In this document: piece by piece, positions 13,500 through 27,663 of the stretch
Numbering within the stretch: the first letter of the stretch is position 1
Layout of the letters: each line of letters starts with the position of its first letter
Origin: Eledone cirrhosa
Lineage: Eukaryota
Assembly: GCA_964016885.1 (NCBI GenBank)
Contig: OZ024743.1
Location: 202,740,001-202,804,000, forward strand
DNA length: 64,000 nucleotides
Direction of reading: 5' to 3'
Translations under genes and position numbers: made by a program
The notes under the pieces: generated by a model
What the model was told of the DNA's origin: nothing
The model's input: the letters and a program-made list of their open reading frames with translations, nothing else
The model's database searches: none

Positions 13500-14632
13500 A
13501 CTCGAATATCGAGTTTTGAAAGGTGAGTGTATTAGAATTCGTAGGGAAATGGACAAACGCAGTGTAAAGAAGCTGTTAAAACAACAAAATGCTGTCAAAG
13601 CGGTGTTGGATAAAACATTACCTCGAAAAATAGAAATCAGCGGCTCGATATGAGTTGACTCAAAGAAACGATAGGAAGGAAGAAATAGAATGTATGATAT
13701 GAGATCACAAACATTAAAATACGTTCATCAGATTCTAGAACCCCTGCAGTTTCAACGATTTAACTGAAATTACTGCGAAGACTAGTAACAACGGAGAAAT
13801 AAATATCTTCGTTGGTATAATGTTTGTGTTTGGGTCAGGTCAGAGAGAGAGAAAAACTGGAATGCGTCCAATCGACCTGAAATTGTAGCGAGAAAGGAAG
13901 AACAGTGGTACCGTCAGCAGAACTGGCTTGTAGAGGGGGAAGGGAAGAAATAAAGTAACAGTGGGAGGGAGAGAAAGAAAGAAAAGGAGCAGTAAGAGAG
14001 AAGGGGGAGAGAGAAATAATGAAAGAGCGGAGAACAGAGGAAGAGGGGCGAAAAGACAACTCACCCTAAGCATGTTATCAATCTGCGGTAGAAGGCTACA
14101 ATAGCTATTAAAAGATATAAAGAAAATTACCTTGAATATCGAGTTTTGAAACGCGAGTGTATTAGAGTTCGTAGGAAAATGGAAAAGCTCGGCGTAAGGA
14201 AGCTGTTAAAACAGCAAAAATGCCGGCGAATCGGTGTTGAGTAAAACATTACCTCAAGGGATAGAAAGCAGCTCCATGTTAGCTGACTCGAAGAAATGAT
14301 AGGAAGGAAGAAATAGAATGGATGAGAAGAGATCACAAACATTAAAATACGCTCATCAGATTTCAGACAGCCTGCAGTTTCAACGATTTACGTGAAATTA
14401 CTGCGAAGAATAGGTGGCTCGTAACAACGGAGAAATAAATATATTCATTGGTATAATGTTTGTGTTGGGATAGGTGAGCGTATTTTAATGTTTGTGATCT
14501 CTTCTCATCCATTATATTTCTTCCTTCTTATCATTTCTTCGAATCAATTCACATGGAGCCATTGATTTCTATCCTTCGAGGTACTGCTTTACCAAACGCC
14601 GCTTCGCCGGTATTTTGCCATTTTAACAGCGT
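13500..14632. repeat. Two ~335-bp direct repeats (13500-13833, 14130-14468) plus an inverted partial third copy (14475-14630)
   Basis: GAATATCGAGTTTTGAAA...GGTATAATGTTTGTGTT occurs twice; 14475-14630 is the reverse complement of ~14200-14356; flanked by (ATT)n. Confidence 0.8.
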
Positions 14633-15335
14633 ATTATTAATATTATTATTATTGGAGTAACAGTATCATAAAATCAGCTGACAAAATACCCTTGCAATAT
14701 TTACTTATGTCGCTTTACTTTCTGAACTCAAACCTGACTGAACTACTGTGTCAACGCTACCTTTTGTACCCCTGGAGTCGAATAATTACGTGATAGTCAA
14801 TATCGCAGGCTTGTGAGATCCTTCTTTAAAACGCGCAGACTTATATCTATGCCAGGTGTTATTATGTTCAAATAATTATTCGAGGGAAATCAATTAATAT
14901 TAATGTCCATTCTACTCCACTCCTAACTGTTGAGATTATTGAGATGTATCTTTAGATTAAACAGCTGTGAAAAACAATTGTGTGGGTGTGAAAGACTTTA
15001 AAGGCATGTTGTTTATGTTGTTAGTAAAACAAAAGCATATAATTTAAGATATAGTCGATTTTCTTAACAGGGCCAGTGATCTAGAAAAGGTTCCTACTAA
15101 TCTTGTTAATGTAAGATTTGTTAAAACATAGTGTTGGAGATTGAGGATGGTGAAAAATATGGATAACGATATAAGGTGTAATAGATATGAATTTCTTTTA
15201 TTTGAAGTGGGTGCGTATACATCCTGTAAGTTAGGAGCTGCTAGAAACCATTTTAGTAGTACTGAGTAGGTGCTTAATAAAAATCAAAATGACAAATAAT
15301 TGTGCAGTCTTGTATCGCTGTATGCCTGGTGCTAT

Positions 15336-15343
<8 letters not shown>

Positions 15344-15419
<76 letters not shown>

Positions 15420-15467
15420 TCTCTCTCCCTCTCTCGCTTTTTCTCTCTCTCTCTCTATCTATCTCTA

Positions 15468-15514
<47 letters not shown>

Positions 15515-15546
15515 CTCTTTCTGTATATATATATATATATATATAT
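15344..15546. repeat. (CT)n/(TA)n microsatellites, representative of dozens of (TA)n, (CA)n, (GA)n and (CATA)n tracts in the window
   Basis: Direct reading; these tracts generate the many [16 protein letters not shown] spurious ORFs. Confidence 0.97.
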
Positions 15547-16569
15547 GTACCATATTTCCCGGCGCCGAAGACGCTTCGTACTCGAGGACGCACCCTAAAA
15601 AAATAATAAACAATCTACGGACTCCAGGACGCATGGTAGATTTTTTTATACTTATTTTAGGAAATAGGTATATATATATATAAGGTAAATTATGTGAGTT
15701 GATGATTCAGATATCTAAAACTCTGATGTGATTTTTTCAATATCCAGATTGGTGAAAGACAGCTCAGAGGCAAATCCGGTTAGTACACTTCCGATTTGTA
15801 AATCTTAGAGTATATATTAACACAAATCACAAATCACCAAGGTTTAACGATGAATACATTATTTATTTGATTTATAAATCTTTCATTCTTCTCCATAGGA
15901 TGTTGTTTTCAATACCTTTGTAGAGAAATCATCAAAGTCCGTTATATGTAACAGAATTTATTTACCGACCGTCATTGAATGATGATCGTAAATAAATATT
16001 ATTTCTATGACATAGAAATGGTATTTATTTACGATCGCCATTGAAATATGTATCACAGATTTGTTGATAAATGACCTTTTATCCTCTACACCGAACTTCG
16101 CCTTTGCCTTATTCTACATATACACCATTACTGACAGACAAATCATAAATGGAAGAAAATACATGACGTTGAGTGCTTACTTTTAGTAATGGTGTATTGC
16201 ACATTAGTCAACATGTTTACCGCAAATATGCATATGGTCAAAACAAGTTACAAGGAAGAAGGAGATTTGATATATACAAATATCACTTTATATATATATA
16301 TAGCAAGATGGTTGGAGGGAGGGAGGTTGAGATCGATAGATAGATAGATAAATAGATAGATAGATAGATAGATAGATAGTGAGAGAAAGAAGAGGAGAGA
16401 CAAATGCAGATCAAATGATATATCAATACAAACGTAGAGCCGTCAGAGCAGAACGAGAGATATATAACTTCGAGTACATGATCGGAAGAAGGAAAAGGTT
16501 TATTTATAATACAGAGAGGAGAACGAAAGATAGGAAGAGTGAAAGAAAGAGAGAGAGAGAGAGGGAGAG

Positions 16570-16641
<72 letters not shown>

Positions 16642-17585
16642 TGTGTATTTGTGAGAGTATGATATAGCGTGTGACAGAGTAACTGACAAAGAGACAGACT
16701 GCGAGGGAGGGTGAGAAAGCAAGAACATAGAGGCGAAAGAATCTAATCAAAAATAATCGGGTGCCCGAGGAAGATTTCCTACTTGAGTCTGTTCTGTTTT
16801 ACTTTCTGTTCGTTTTATCAAATGTCGATCGTAGTTTCTAAAAACAGACAATTGACTGCAATAACAAAATTGAGATTAAATGTTTACTAATCGAATTCTT
16901 GCAAGACATAGGTTTTACTTACATCTAAAATACTCATAATCACTGTTATACCTAACCTTTACACACTCACACATTCACACACACACACACTCTAAAATGG
17001 CTGACTTAATACTGAAGTATTTTTCGCCCCAAAATTATCTCCACCACCTCCCTCTCTTCTCACTCTCTATTTTTCTATTTCATCTTTTATTTCTCATTCC
17101 ATCTTCTGGTGAAGGACTAGTGACCACAACGTAAAGACTCTACATCTCCATTGTACTGTGTTTTGGCTTAATTGTTTCCGTTTACCTTATACATATATAT
17201 ATATATATATACTTATATATTATTATTATGTAATAAACAACATAAGGCAATTATTCCATTTACCAGTGGTTTCTTAAAAGCAAAAGGTTTTGCTTTCAAT
17301 CCTCAGAATGAAAAAAATCCTGGTTTGTTTATTGAATTTGCATTTAAAAAAAAACAAAAATGCAATCTATATGAAAGTGAGGCTGGAGAAGGAAGAAGGA
17401 AAGGAAAAATAAAATAAAACTACACATGCAAACACACACACAAAAAAAAACACAAAAGAATACATACACACACATATATATATACATATATATATATATA
17501 CAAATATACACATACACATATATATATATACATACACATATATACACATACACATACATACACATATACACATACATACACTCAT

Positions 17586-17626
<41 letters not shown>

Positions 17627-18109
17627 TATATATATATATATACGCATATACATATACATATATATATGTGTGTACAAGCATACACATATACAAACATAGC
17701 CATACACACACACATATATACATACATACATTCACACAATCATACATATATACACACGTACATACATATACATACATAAATGCACTCCTCTACATATTCA
17801 CACACGCAAATAAATATAAGAAAAAAAAATATATATATATATATTAAAAATATTTGACACCGTTAAATTAAGGCAGCTAACTGGACAGACACGCGTGGTA
17901 AGTAATACACACAAATGCACGTATACATACTTACGAAATAGTAAACACATACACACACTCTCACACACAAATATACATATACAAATACATAAACACATAG
18001 ATACACATACATGCACAAACACGCACACGTATACAATATATACACACACATATGTATATGTAATTATATACACACACACACATATATATATATATATATT
18101 TCTCCAGTG

Positions 18110-18157
<48 letters not shown>

Positions 18158-18171
18158 ATATACATATAACA

Positions 18172-19065
18172 CACTGGAAAAACACCAGGACTGAAGAAAC
18201 ACCAGCACTGGAGAAACACCAGCACTGGAGAAGCACCAGGACTCTGGCTTTACTGTAGCACCGGCTCAGAGCAGGAGAGTTGGGGCGAAAAAGGTATCGG
18301 ATGCTGAATTTGCCGACGACATAGTTTTGGTGACAAATACAGTGAAGGAGGCAGAGGATTTGATGCGGGAGGTTGAGACTGTGTCGATGAGTGTGGGGCT
18401 GAGAATGAATGAGACTAAAACAAAATATCTGGTAGAGAATGTTGAGAAGCCAGAGGGGATCACTAATGTAGGCGGGAAGCCGCTGGAATTGGTTGAGGAC
18501 TTCCTGTATTTGGGAGCAAAGATTGGGAATACGGAAGATGATGTGGTTGAGAGGAAGAGCAAGGCCTGGGCGGCGTGTCACAGCTTGAGATCGGTGTGGA
18601 AGTCGGACCTTCGTAGAGACCTGAAAATCCGCCTCTTCATTGCTGTAGTGGAGTCTGTGCTGCTGTATGGGTCTGAGACTTGGACGCTGACCAAGAGACT
18701 CACTCAGATGGTGGATGGGTGCTACACGAGAATGCTGAGGATGGCTCTGAACATTAATCAGTATACACTGAGGATGAAAAACTCAGAGCTGTATGGGAGC
18801 ATCCCAAAAGTCAGCTCAAAAGTGACACAGAGGAGACTGAGGTTAGCTGGACATGCTCACCGACATCCAGAGTTGACATTGCAGTCAGTGCTCCTTCGGG
18901 AGCCCCTACATGGACACACTAGAAGACGAAGACCAAGGTTAACATATGTTGATGCCCTAAGGACAGACACTGGTCTGTTGGAGATGCAGGATATGGCAGC
19001 GATAATGAGGGACAGAGACCGCTGGAGAGAACTCGTCAATGGATCTCGGGAATTTTACCCGCCTT

Positions 19066-19068
<3 letters not shown>
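18172..19068 (+). mobile_element. 5'-truncated RTE-clade LINE (RT C-terminal part, open frame)
   Basis: GFTV..AQSRR..DAEFADD upstream in frame; FLYLG, ESVLLYGSETWTL, RRLRLAGH in ORF 18327..19067; ends at (TA)n. Confidence 0.88.
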
Positions 19069-19124
<56 letters not shown>

Positions 19125-19667
19125 AACACAAACACACACACACACACATATATGTATACATACACACACATAACCATACATAGCTAAACAATTATACACA
19201 TACAGGTAACAGAGCTTAATTATTATTATTATGTAATAAACAACATAAGGCAATTATTCCATTTACCCACTCTTTTTTCCTGGTCTTTTCCGACGGAATT
19301 ACTTCATTCACACATATATACACACACATATATATATATATATAAAATAGGCTTCTACAGGACTAAAACTGTTTCATTCGAAGGAAATCATCAGGAGTCT
19401 TCTCTCTATATATATAAACATGTGTATGTGTGTGCGTGTGTGCCTGTGTGTGTGCCTGATATATGGTATACATGCATGTATGCATGCCTGCATGCATGTG
19501 TCAATCAACATATATATAATTAAGTATGGATTTCCAAAAATGAAAGGAAGAAAACCAGTCTTAAGTGAAATAAGGAATACATTAGGCAGAAAGGTATATA
19601 TTATCTTCATCAGGACGAAAGGTCTTTCCAAGAGAAACACACACACATACATACATACATACATACA

Positions 19668-19700
<33 letters not shown>

Positions 19701-20690
19701 GGTGGCTGCCAACTCGTTTTCGAGTACGGCCACTACTTTATATCCATGTAGGAGAACCCCTACCGATGTGCTGAACGAGTGTGACTTTTAAGTACAGCCA
19801 GCGACTTGAAAACTCTGGTACAAACACTACACTTGTGACAATTATTGACACATAGTGCTGGGCCCTTGGTACCATGTGACGACAAGTGCAGAGAGATCTC
19901 CAGATGTAAAGCAATGCCTGTGTCGTGAAACTTTTATAGTGAGCAAAGGCACTGCACAAAGCCAGTTCCACTCTCTTAACCAACATGATATTTACCAAAA
20001 AGAAGAACAAGTCAACATCATTAGATACCATCAGAGTTGCAGGTGTTATATCAGAGTTTTCCTTCTCCTAGAATTCTGCCTTGACAAAGATAAGGGATCA
20101 TCTCTCCCGGTGATTTTGGATGGCCTTTGACTCTTAAGAGCTCCTTTGCCCTTTGACAGGTTTTGTTTTTAGTCCTGTAGGACGGTCACATGGTCGGGTC
20201 GTTAGCGACTAAACTGGCAACCCCACCAAGGTTTCTTGGTGAGGAGGGTGACATACATACATACATACATACATACATACATACATACATACATACATAC
20301 ATACATACATACATACATACATACATGATGGCTGTCTCCTTCTTATCGAGTGTAGCCATTGCACGATATAACATTATTAATAATTATGAATTAATGCTAT
20401 AGTGTAATGCATGTGTCTAAAGATTTTTTTTAAGTCAGAAAAGACTGTGCACTTAGCCAATCCCACTCTCTCAGCTACAATAGCTACGACGTGAAAAGAA
20501 AAAAGATTCAACATTATCGGTAACTACTGAGCCGCAGGTTTTATGACGGAGTTATCCCAGTTTCCTGAGTTGCCTTCTCCTAGAAGAATACCTTGACAAA
20601 TGCTAGGGGTCCTTCACTCCCCGTGGTGTAACTGCGCGATCGTGTATCCAGCCTAACTATTTCTATGTCCCCGTGCATATACATACACAT

Positions 20691-20772
<82 letters not shown>

Positions 20773-20774
<2 letters not shown>

Positions 20775-22718
20775 AGAGGGTGATATTTGTGTAATATTGC
20801 CAGAATTAATAACAGAACACACTCATTGTTTGGTTGGTTTTCGCTTCTCGCTGTCTTTTATATCGGTAATCTAACTTACTCGGTCCTCAATGTTGCCATA
20901 TACTGACCGACGTCAAAAGTAATACAGATACAATATAGACACAAACACATATATATAGTTTATCATAAATCTTTCGTTGCACATCTGCAACATCGTCAGT
21001 GGTGTTATATTTTCCTCCTGTTGTGTTGTATGTCTACGCCATTTTTATTCAGTCTGTCTATTTATTTATTTATTTATTTGCTTGTTTGTTTATTTAATTC
21101 CGTCTTCTTTGCGCATGCGGTTGCGTGTGTGTATAGTGTTATGTTTGCTGTGTGATGGGTGACTAGTGTGTGTTTATGTGCTTGTTGTTATTGTGCGTGT
21201 GTATGTATTTATTTATTTATTTATCTTATTTTATTTACTTATTTATACTTCTCTTAGGTCAGTGTTGTTTGTTTGGGTGTTGTTGTTATTCCATTCATTC
21301 TTTCAGTTTAGCTTTGGTCTTCTAATTTCTATTTCACTGGTCTCTCTGATTTGCCTATCTGCTGGGTCATTTCTATGTTTAGATATTATTCTAATTTCTA
21401 TGTTGTCTATGTTACCGTCATGTTGTCGTCTAGCATGTTCGTATAGTACTGACCCGTTTTTGCGTCCTTTTAGTTCCCACCAGTGTTGGTCTATCCTTTC
21501 CCATATGCTACGAGCTGTCTCACCTATGTATGTTGTTGTCATGTTTCTGCAAGTACCCTCTGTACATATTATGCTATAGACTACGTTTCTAGTTTTACAG
21601 TTTATCCGGGTGTTCACCTTACATATGATACATTTCCTATTGGTACAGTGGGTTTTCTTAAAAGGCTAGGTTTTGCTGATCAGGGATTTTATGGTGGTTC
21701 CTGGCTTTTCTACCACCTTTATTTTTAAGTGGGTCTTTCTCAGGGCCTTTCTACACTGGTTAGCAAATTTCCCTCCAGGGGTGGCGTTCACAAACATGAC
21801 ACTCTGGTATCTCTGGTTGTCGTACCATGAGGTGACTTTCCTATCTTATGTCTAACCCTATCTAAACTATTCCATGATTTGCTCCTGTATAATGGGCAAA
21901 TTCCTTTCATGTCCAGTTCTATGAGGGTCTTATACTTTTCCATGGCTCCTTCGTATACTCTGACTCTGTCTCTTTGGTTGTAGCCAGAGAACTGCATGCG
22001 GTTGATGAAGTGTTGGATGTGTCTTTCCATTTCTGTTGGGTCGCACATGCGGGACACATTCTTCATCACTCGTACCAAATCTGCGATCAGAATATTAAAC
22101 TTAGCACTACTGGACATTGCTGAGTTTTTGAGTATCAGGTATTTGGAGGCCATGGGTTTAGCATAGTGTGAGTGGAGTATTTGGGCTCTCTCGTCTATAG
22201 TGCTAATCCAGAGTTCTGTGTCTAATACAGGTAGTCTATTGTTAGGGTGTTTGGAAGGGAAGTCTATAGTTACAGTTATACTCTGGTGTATGGAATTAGC
22301 TATCTGCTGGATGCTTTCCATCGTGCTACGTTCTAAATCAAACTTGTTAGTGCTCTCTAGTGGGGGTGTTCTTATAACTATATTGATATCGTCTACATAA
22401 CGAGAGTACATGATGAAGTCTATGGAGCTTTCATTAAGGAGATCTTTAAGTCTCCTTTCCCACCATACCGTGAAAAGGTTGGCAACATCACCAGCTATGC
22501 TGACGCCGATGGCTGCTCCCTCATTTTGGGTTTAGGTTTTCTCGTTGAACTTAAATATGTGGCCCTTTAGAGTAGATTGATACTAGCCCCTATTGCATGT
22601 GCGACCATTTTTCTTACCTGATCATTGTTTTGGGGTGTCCGTATAGCTTTGGTCCACCCAATCCACTTTCCCATGGGAGTCTTTTTTGCCAGCTCTATAC
22701 AGTGGTGAACCTCAAACC

Positions 22719-22722
<4 letters not shown>
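20773..22722 (-). mobile_element. 5'-truncated, frameshifted PLE (diverged relative of the 31.3-35.4 kb element) between (TA)n tracts
   Basis: MYSRYVDDIN, LPVLD, HYAKPMAS (21788..22411); CKTRNVVYSIIC..YIGETAR (21303..21617); HHR near the 3' end. Confidence 0.9.
20962..21003 (-). ncRNA. Minimal type I hammerhead ribozyme
   Basis: Reverse complement: ACCA-CTGACGA-T-GTTGCA/GATG/TGCAAC-GAAA-GATT-TA-TGAT. Confidence 0.7.
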
Positions 22723-22806
<84 letters not shown>

Positions 22807-22870
22807 TGGATACATGTATATACATATTTACACATTTTCGACACACGATTTCATATAAAAAACCTCGCAA

Positions 22871-22917
<47 letters not shown>

Positions 22918-22960
22918 TGCTCTCTATATTATTACATTACGATTGACCATACGTAATAGA

Positions 22961-23050
22961 CCAGCTCTATACAGTGGTGAGCCTCAAACCTAAATATATA
23001 TATATATATATGCACATGCATACATGTATATACATATTTACACATTTTCG
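22961..23050 (+). repeat. Local duplication of the PLE 5' junction and flank (copy of ~22689-22840 with a shorter TA tract)
   Basis: CCAGCTCTATACAGTGGTGA.CCTCAAACCTAAA(TA)nTGCACATG...ACATTTTCG is present twice. Confidence 0.8.
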
Positions 23051-23332
23051 GATGGCCGTTGGCTCTTATGTGTTCTTCTGCCCTTTGTCATGTTTTTTGT
23101 CCTCCATGGTGTCCAAAATTACCCTCCTTAGCAAGTAAACTTTTGTGGCCGACGAGCCAACCATGCGACAGGGTGTACTGGGTTACATGTTACCAGTAGC
23201 ACTCAAGAGTGTCCCGACACATACATACATACACACACACATACATACATACATACATACATACATACATACATACATACATACATACATACATACATAC
23301 ATACATACATACATACATACATACATACATAC

Positions 23333-24217
23333 CACACGAAATACCTGATTCATATAAGAGATAGGGATGCAGGCAAAACACTTAGATGTGACAAGCGCAG
23401 TCTCTGCAGAATTAACATCGAAGATGTCACCGATGTCATAAGCAGCTGCCCCATGGTGTCATCGCGGTACTATCTACCTATGAGGCAAGATGTAGTGGCC
23501 AAAAGACCGTGCAATGCAATCCGTAGAAAAGATGGTCCCGATAATAAACACATTAAAAGCTACAGCAATGTGGAAGAAATACATATACATAATATGAAAG
23601 CGTACTGGTGGAATGTTCCAGTAAAAACACCAATAAAATGCAGGTAACAGACCAGATATAATGATATGGGACAGGGAAAAGAAGGCATGCAGAGTAGTAG
23701 AAGTTAGCTGCCCAGCAGATGCCAATATAATATCAAAGATTAGCGAAAATGAGAATATTTATGCAGAACTAATGAGAAAACTGCAGATATTCCACCCTGA
23801 CTATACTTTCAGGTTTAGGCCTGTGATTATTGGGGCACTGGGATATGTTAGTAACTGCCTTAATATATATCTTGAGAAGCTAGGCTTCACAGAAACAGAA
23901 AGGATACGATTAGTTAGCAAATTACATGTACAATCCATTAATGGAACAGTAAAAATGTGAAACATTCCAACATTTCTGCCTCTAATAACTGCATATACAC
24001 ATGTACAGATACGAAGCATATGCACATGCACACATACAACTCAAAACATACACGTCCGCACATCCAATAACACCCAAACCTGCACACACATGCATGTATG
24101 CATACATATCTACCTAGTTGATGTTGTGTAAATTCCAATGAGAGAGTCTTATATCTATTTTAGAAACCGACTCTCTCTCTCTATTGGCAAAACTTTGTGA
24201 AATTATAAAACAAGAAC
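23333..24217 (+). mobile_element. 3' fragment of a restriction-like-endonuclease non-LTR element (R4/Dong-like) in (CATA)n
   Basis: Degenerate CCHC knuckle, RYYLPMRQDVVAK, WWNVPVKT, RPDIMIWDREKKACRVVEVSCP, PVIIGALG. Confidence 0.8.
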
Positions 24218-24336
24218 ATACATACATACATACATGCATGCATACATACATACATGCATGCATACATACATACATACATACATACATACATACATACATA
24301 CATACATACATACATACATACATAAATACATACATA

Positions 24337-24898
24337 TAATGATATGATATGGGGCAGGGAAAAGAAGATATGCACAGTAGTGGGAGTTAGCTGCCCAGTA
24401 GATGCCAATATAATATTAAAGATTACCGAAAAGCAGAACTAATGAGAAATCTCCAGATACTCCAGCATGATTATACCTTCAGATTTATACCTGTGATTAT
24501 TGGGGCACTGGGATATGTTAGTAATTGCCTCAGCCCAAATCTTGAAAAGCTGCGATACACAGAAACAGAAATAACACGACTAGGTAGGAAATTACAAGTA
24601 CAATCCGTTAATGGAACAGTAAAAATAAGTAAAAACATTCCAAAAATTCTCCATCTAATAACTCCATATACACATGTACAGATACAAAGCATATGCACAT
24701 GCACATATACAACTTAAAACATACACATGCACACATACAATAACATCCATACTTGCACACACATGCATGCATGCAGACATACATACATATCTAACTCTTT
24801 GATGTGTAAATTCCAATGAAAGAGTATTGTATCTCTCTTAGAAACCGACTCTCTTTCTCTCTATTAGCAAAAATTGGTGAAATTATAAAATCAGAAGT
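24337..24898 (+). mobile_element. Second, shorter tandem copy of the R4/Dong-like 3' end
   Basis: Colinear with 23657-24217 (FIPVIIGALGYV); flanked by CATA repeats. A third, more decayed remnant follows at ~24905-25420. Confidence 0.8.
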
Positions 24899-25578
24899 AC
24901 ATACATAAGAAAACGAAATCAATTTTGGAGGAATATGTTGAGATTACTGGTTCAAAATAATACTGGTAGTACCTAAATATAAAAGCTACCAGCAAATTAA
25001 ATCCCATCCAGCTTCATATTGTTGTTTAGGACCAGTAATTAAAACATGCTTATAATTGTCATTGTGGGGATAGAAATGCAATAGGAGTAGGGTATCTACG
25101 GACCATTGATGAGGATTTTGCAGATCCAGTGTCTAAGATACACGTTTAATTCTATACCTGTTATTATTGGAGCTACAGTATATATGCCAAACCAGCTGGA
25201 TCAAATTAGAACTAAACTTGGATTTGTTGAGAAAAATTGAAATTTCTTATATCATAAGCTACATAAGATCGCGATATCTTTTAACTTCAAACTTTGGAAA
25301 ACATTCTTACGATTCAAAGTGCGAACGCTTACAGCAGAATCAATAACAATTTTCTTCTCTTTACAAGCTTTCCACCGGGAGAACTCAAAATTAAGAGAAA
25401 GTGTGTGTGGGTTTGCTTGTGTATATATGTAAAAGTAAGGCGTAGCTTTTATTTCAAACATCTTATATTGAAAACATTACTAGACTCCAGTTCAATTATT
25501 TTTTATTAAAATGTTATCGTGTTTCCTTATTAGATTGTTTATGGTTAGTACGGAACATTTACCTAAACCTTCACGTCA

Positions 25579-25654
<76 letters not shown>

Positions 25655-25662
<8 letters not shown>

Positions 25663-25961
25663 GGTGGAGTTGGAAATAGCACGGGAAATATATTTTAGGG
25701 TCAGTTTCTCTCTTTTTTTCCTTTCTTTGATGCGTCAAAATGACATTATTGAAAAGAAATGGGAGGGACAATTCTTTTAAAAAATAGTTTTATAATGTAT
25801 ACATTATAAAATATATGATACATTATATTTTGACTCTTTTTTAAAAGAATTGTCCCTCTCACTTTTCAATAATGTCACTTTGACGAATCAAAGAAAGGGA
25901 AAAAAAGAAAAACAGACCCTAAAATTTATTTTCCGTGCTATTTCCAACTTCACCTTTTCTC
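25655..25961. repeat. Foldback (inverted repeat) element, ~130-bp diverged arms
   Basis: GAAGGTGGAGTTGGAAATAGCACGG ... CCGTGCTATTTCCAACTTCACCTT. Confidence 0.8.
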
Positions 25962-26099
25962 TATTACCACTGTTTTGTATAGAAACTTACTTCCCTTTTC
26001 TAATATATATATATAAACAATGAGTTATATGGTTTGTTGATTAATCAACTGGACTTAAGTTCACATGAAGATATGTCATTATCTGAACACCCATTATCA

Positions 26100-26160
26100 T
26101 ATTTTATCTGACGAAAGCGTACTTAAATATTAGTACTCTTGAAATACGTATAATAAAATA
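26100..26160 (+). ncRNA. Minimal type I hammerhead ribozyme in a solo PLE-type 3' end
   Basis: TATTTTAT-CTGACGA-AAGCGTACT/TAAATATT/AGTACTCTT-GAAA-TACGTA-TA-ATAAAATA; 8-bp stem I, palindromic stem III. Confidence 0.78.
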
Positions 26161-27624
26161 AATATGGTTTTATAAAGATATTTTTCATTTATTAATACTA
26201 TTATATACATATATATATAGGGCGACTGGCCGAGTTGAAAGCAGCTAGTTGGTTAGTCGTCCTCTCTGTCTCTGATTTTTCGGTTTTTACATATTCCTTT
26301 GTTATATTTCGAATACCTGATGATATCACCAGATTCATATGAAACCCGGTCATTGAAATGACCATGGTATAATAAACCTTTCAAGGATTTACACCAGTCC
26401 AGCCTCCTGTTATTTTTATTTATATATAGAGTGTAAGTATGTGTGTGTGTGTATGTGTGTGAGAGAGAGAGAGAGAGAAAGAGAAAAAGAGAGAGAGAGA
26501 GAGAGAAAGAGAGAGCGAGAGAAAGGGGTGGGGGTGAAAATATGAGTGAAAATATGAGAAGGCGTGGCATGCATAGGAACGTTAAACGGGAGTGCATTAG
26601 ATAATTAAATATAACAAATTTGACAGACCAATGATATTAGCTTGAGAATAGAACGTTTAAATAGGTGTTCACTCTGAGAGGTCAATCTTTTTATATTGAA
26701 CGTGATCGGAAGAAATGGACGTGACAATGCGTTGATAATTACCCAAAATACATCTTATTTCTATCTTCCCTTTACTATTGTTGCAACTGTCTAAGGTTCA
26801 TACTTGTAAAGAATACATAAGAAACCAAACATCACGTTTCATTCACTATCCCATTAGTGAGTATTTGTGTATTTCTATATGACAGGGTTATCCGTTATTT
26901 GATAATACAGCGAAGAAGTTCGCTAGATTCCCATTAACAGTCAAGTTCGCGATCTGGTTAGTTAATTGGTTGGTGAATGTATATTATCCTCTCACAGTGG
27001 AAGTATTTCTGATGAAATATTTAAAGATTCACGAATCCTTGTGCTCTTAAAAACATAGGTTCACGAGGTTTGTGATCAGTTTATAGTAACAGCCTTTCCT
27101 CTCGCAAATAACATCCTATATTGTTAGGAAAATGATGATATTTATATAATATGACCTTATGTACACATTATATAGCTTGGAAAATATGGTAATTTATCAT
27201 ATGTCTGTTTAATTTCATGTGGATAAAAACGGCAGCAACAAATTTATCGTTCCGAATCGTAAAACCTAAAGCAATCATTCATCTTATAGTTATATATGAT
27301 TTTAGATAACACTTGACAATAAAACTAGTGACGATCATCCTTCCCAGCCACAGACTATAAAACATAAAATTACGTTCGATTCCTGTATTTTCTTCATGAT
27401 ATATACCAATTTCGATAGCTATGTCGTGCGAGGTAGTTTTGAAAGTTAATCAGATATACAGGGTTTCAGAGCATATTTTAATCTGTTTATATATAAATAC
27501 ACCCACACTCATATACATACATATATAGACACACATACATAATCACACACATGTGAATGAATGCCGACACACGTGGATGCACACCACCAACCACCTACCC
27601 ACAAAGACAAGCACATACCCACCC

Positions 27625-27663
<39 letters not shown>

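Noticed and set aside
14345-14390. Type II hammerhead from minus-strand GAAAC...CTGATGA
   Set aside because: No adequate stem I, and the cleavage site is not conserved in the other repeat copy.
18172-18241. CRISPR-like look of short palindromic repeats
   Set aside because: No spacers, no cas genes, eukaryotic context; the units derive from RTE coding sequence.
20183-20252. HDV-like ribozyme on the minus strand (TCCTCAC ... GCTAA)
   Set aside because: P1 and P3 pairings could not be built; it folds better as a simple hairpin.
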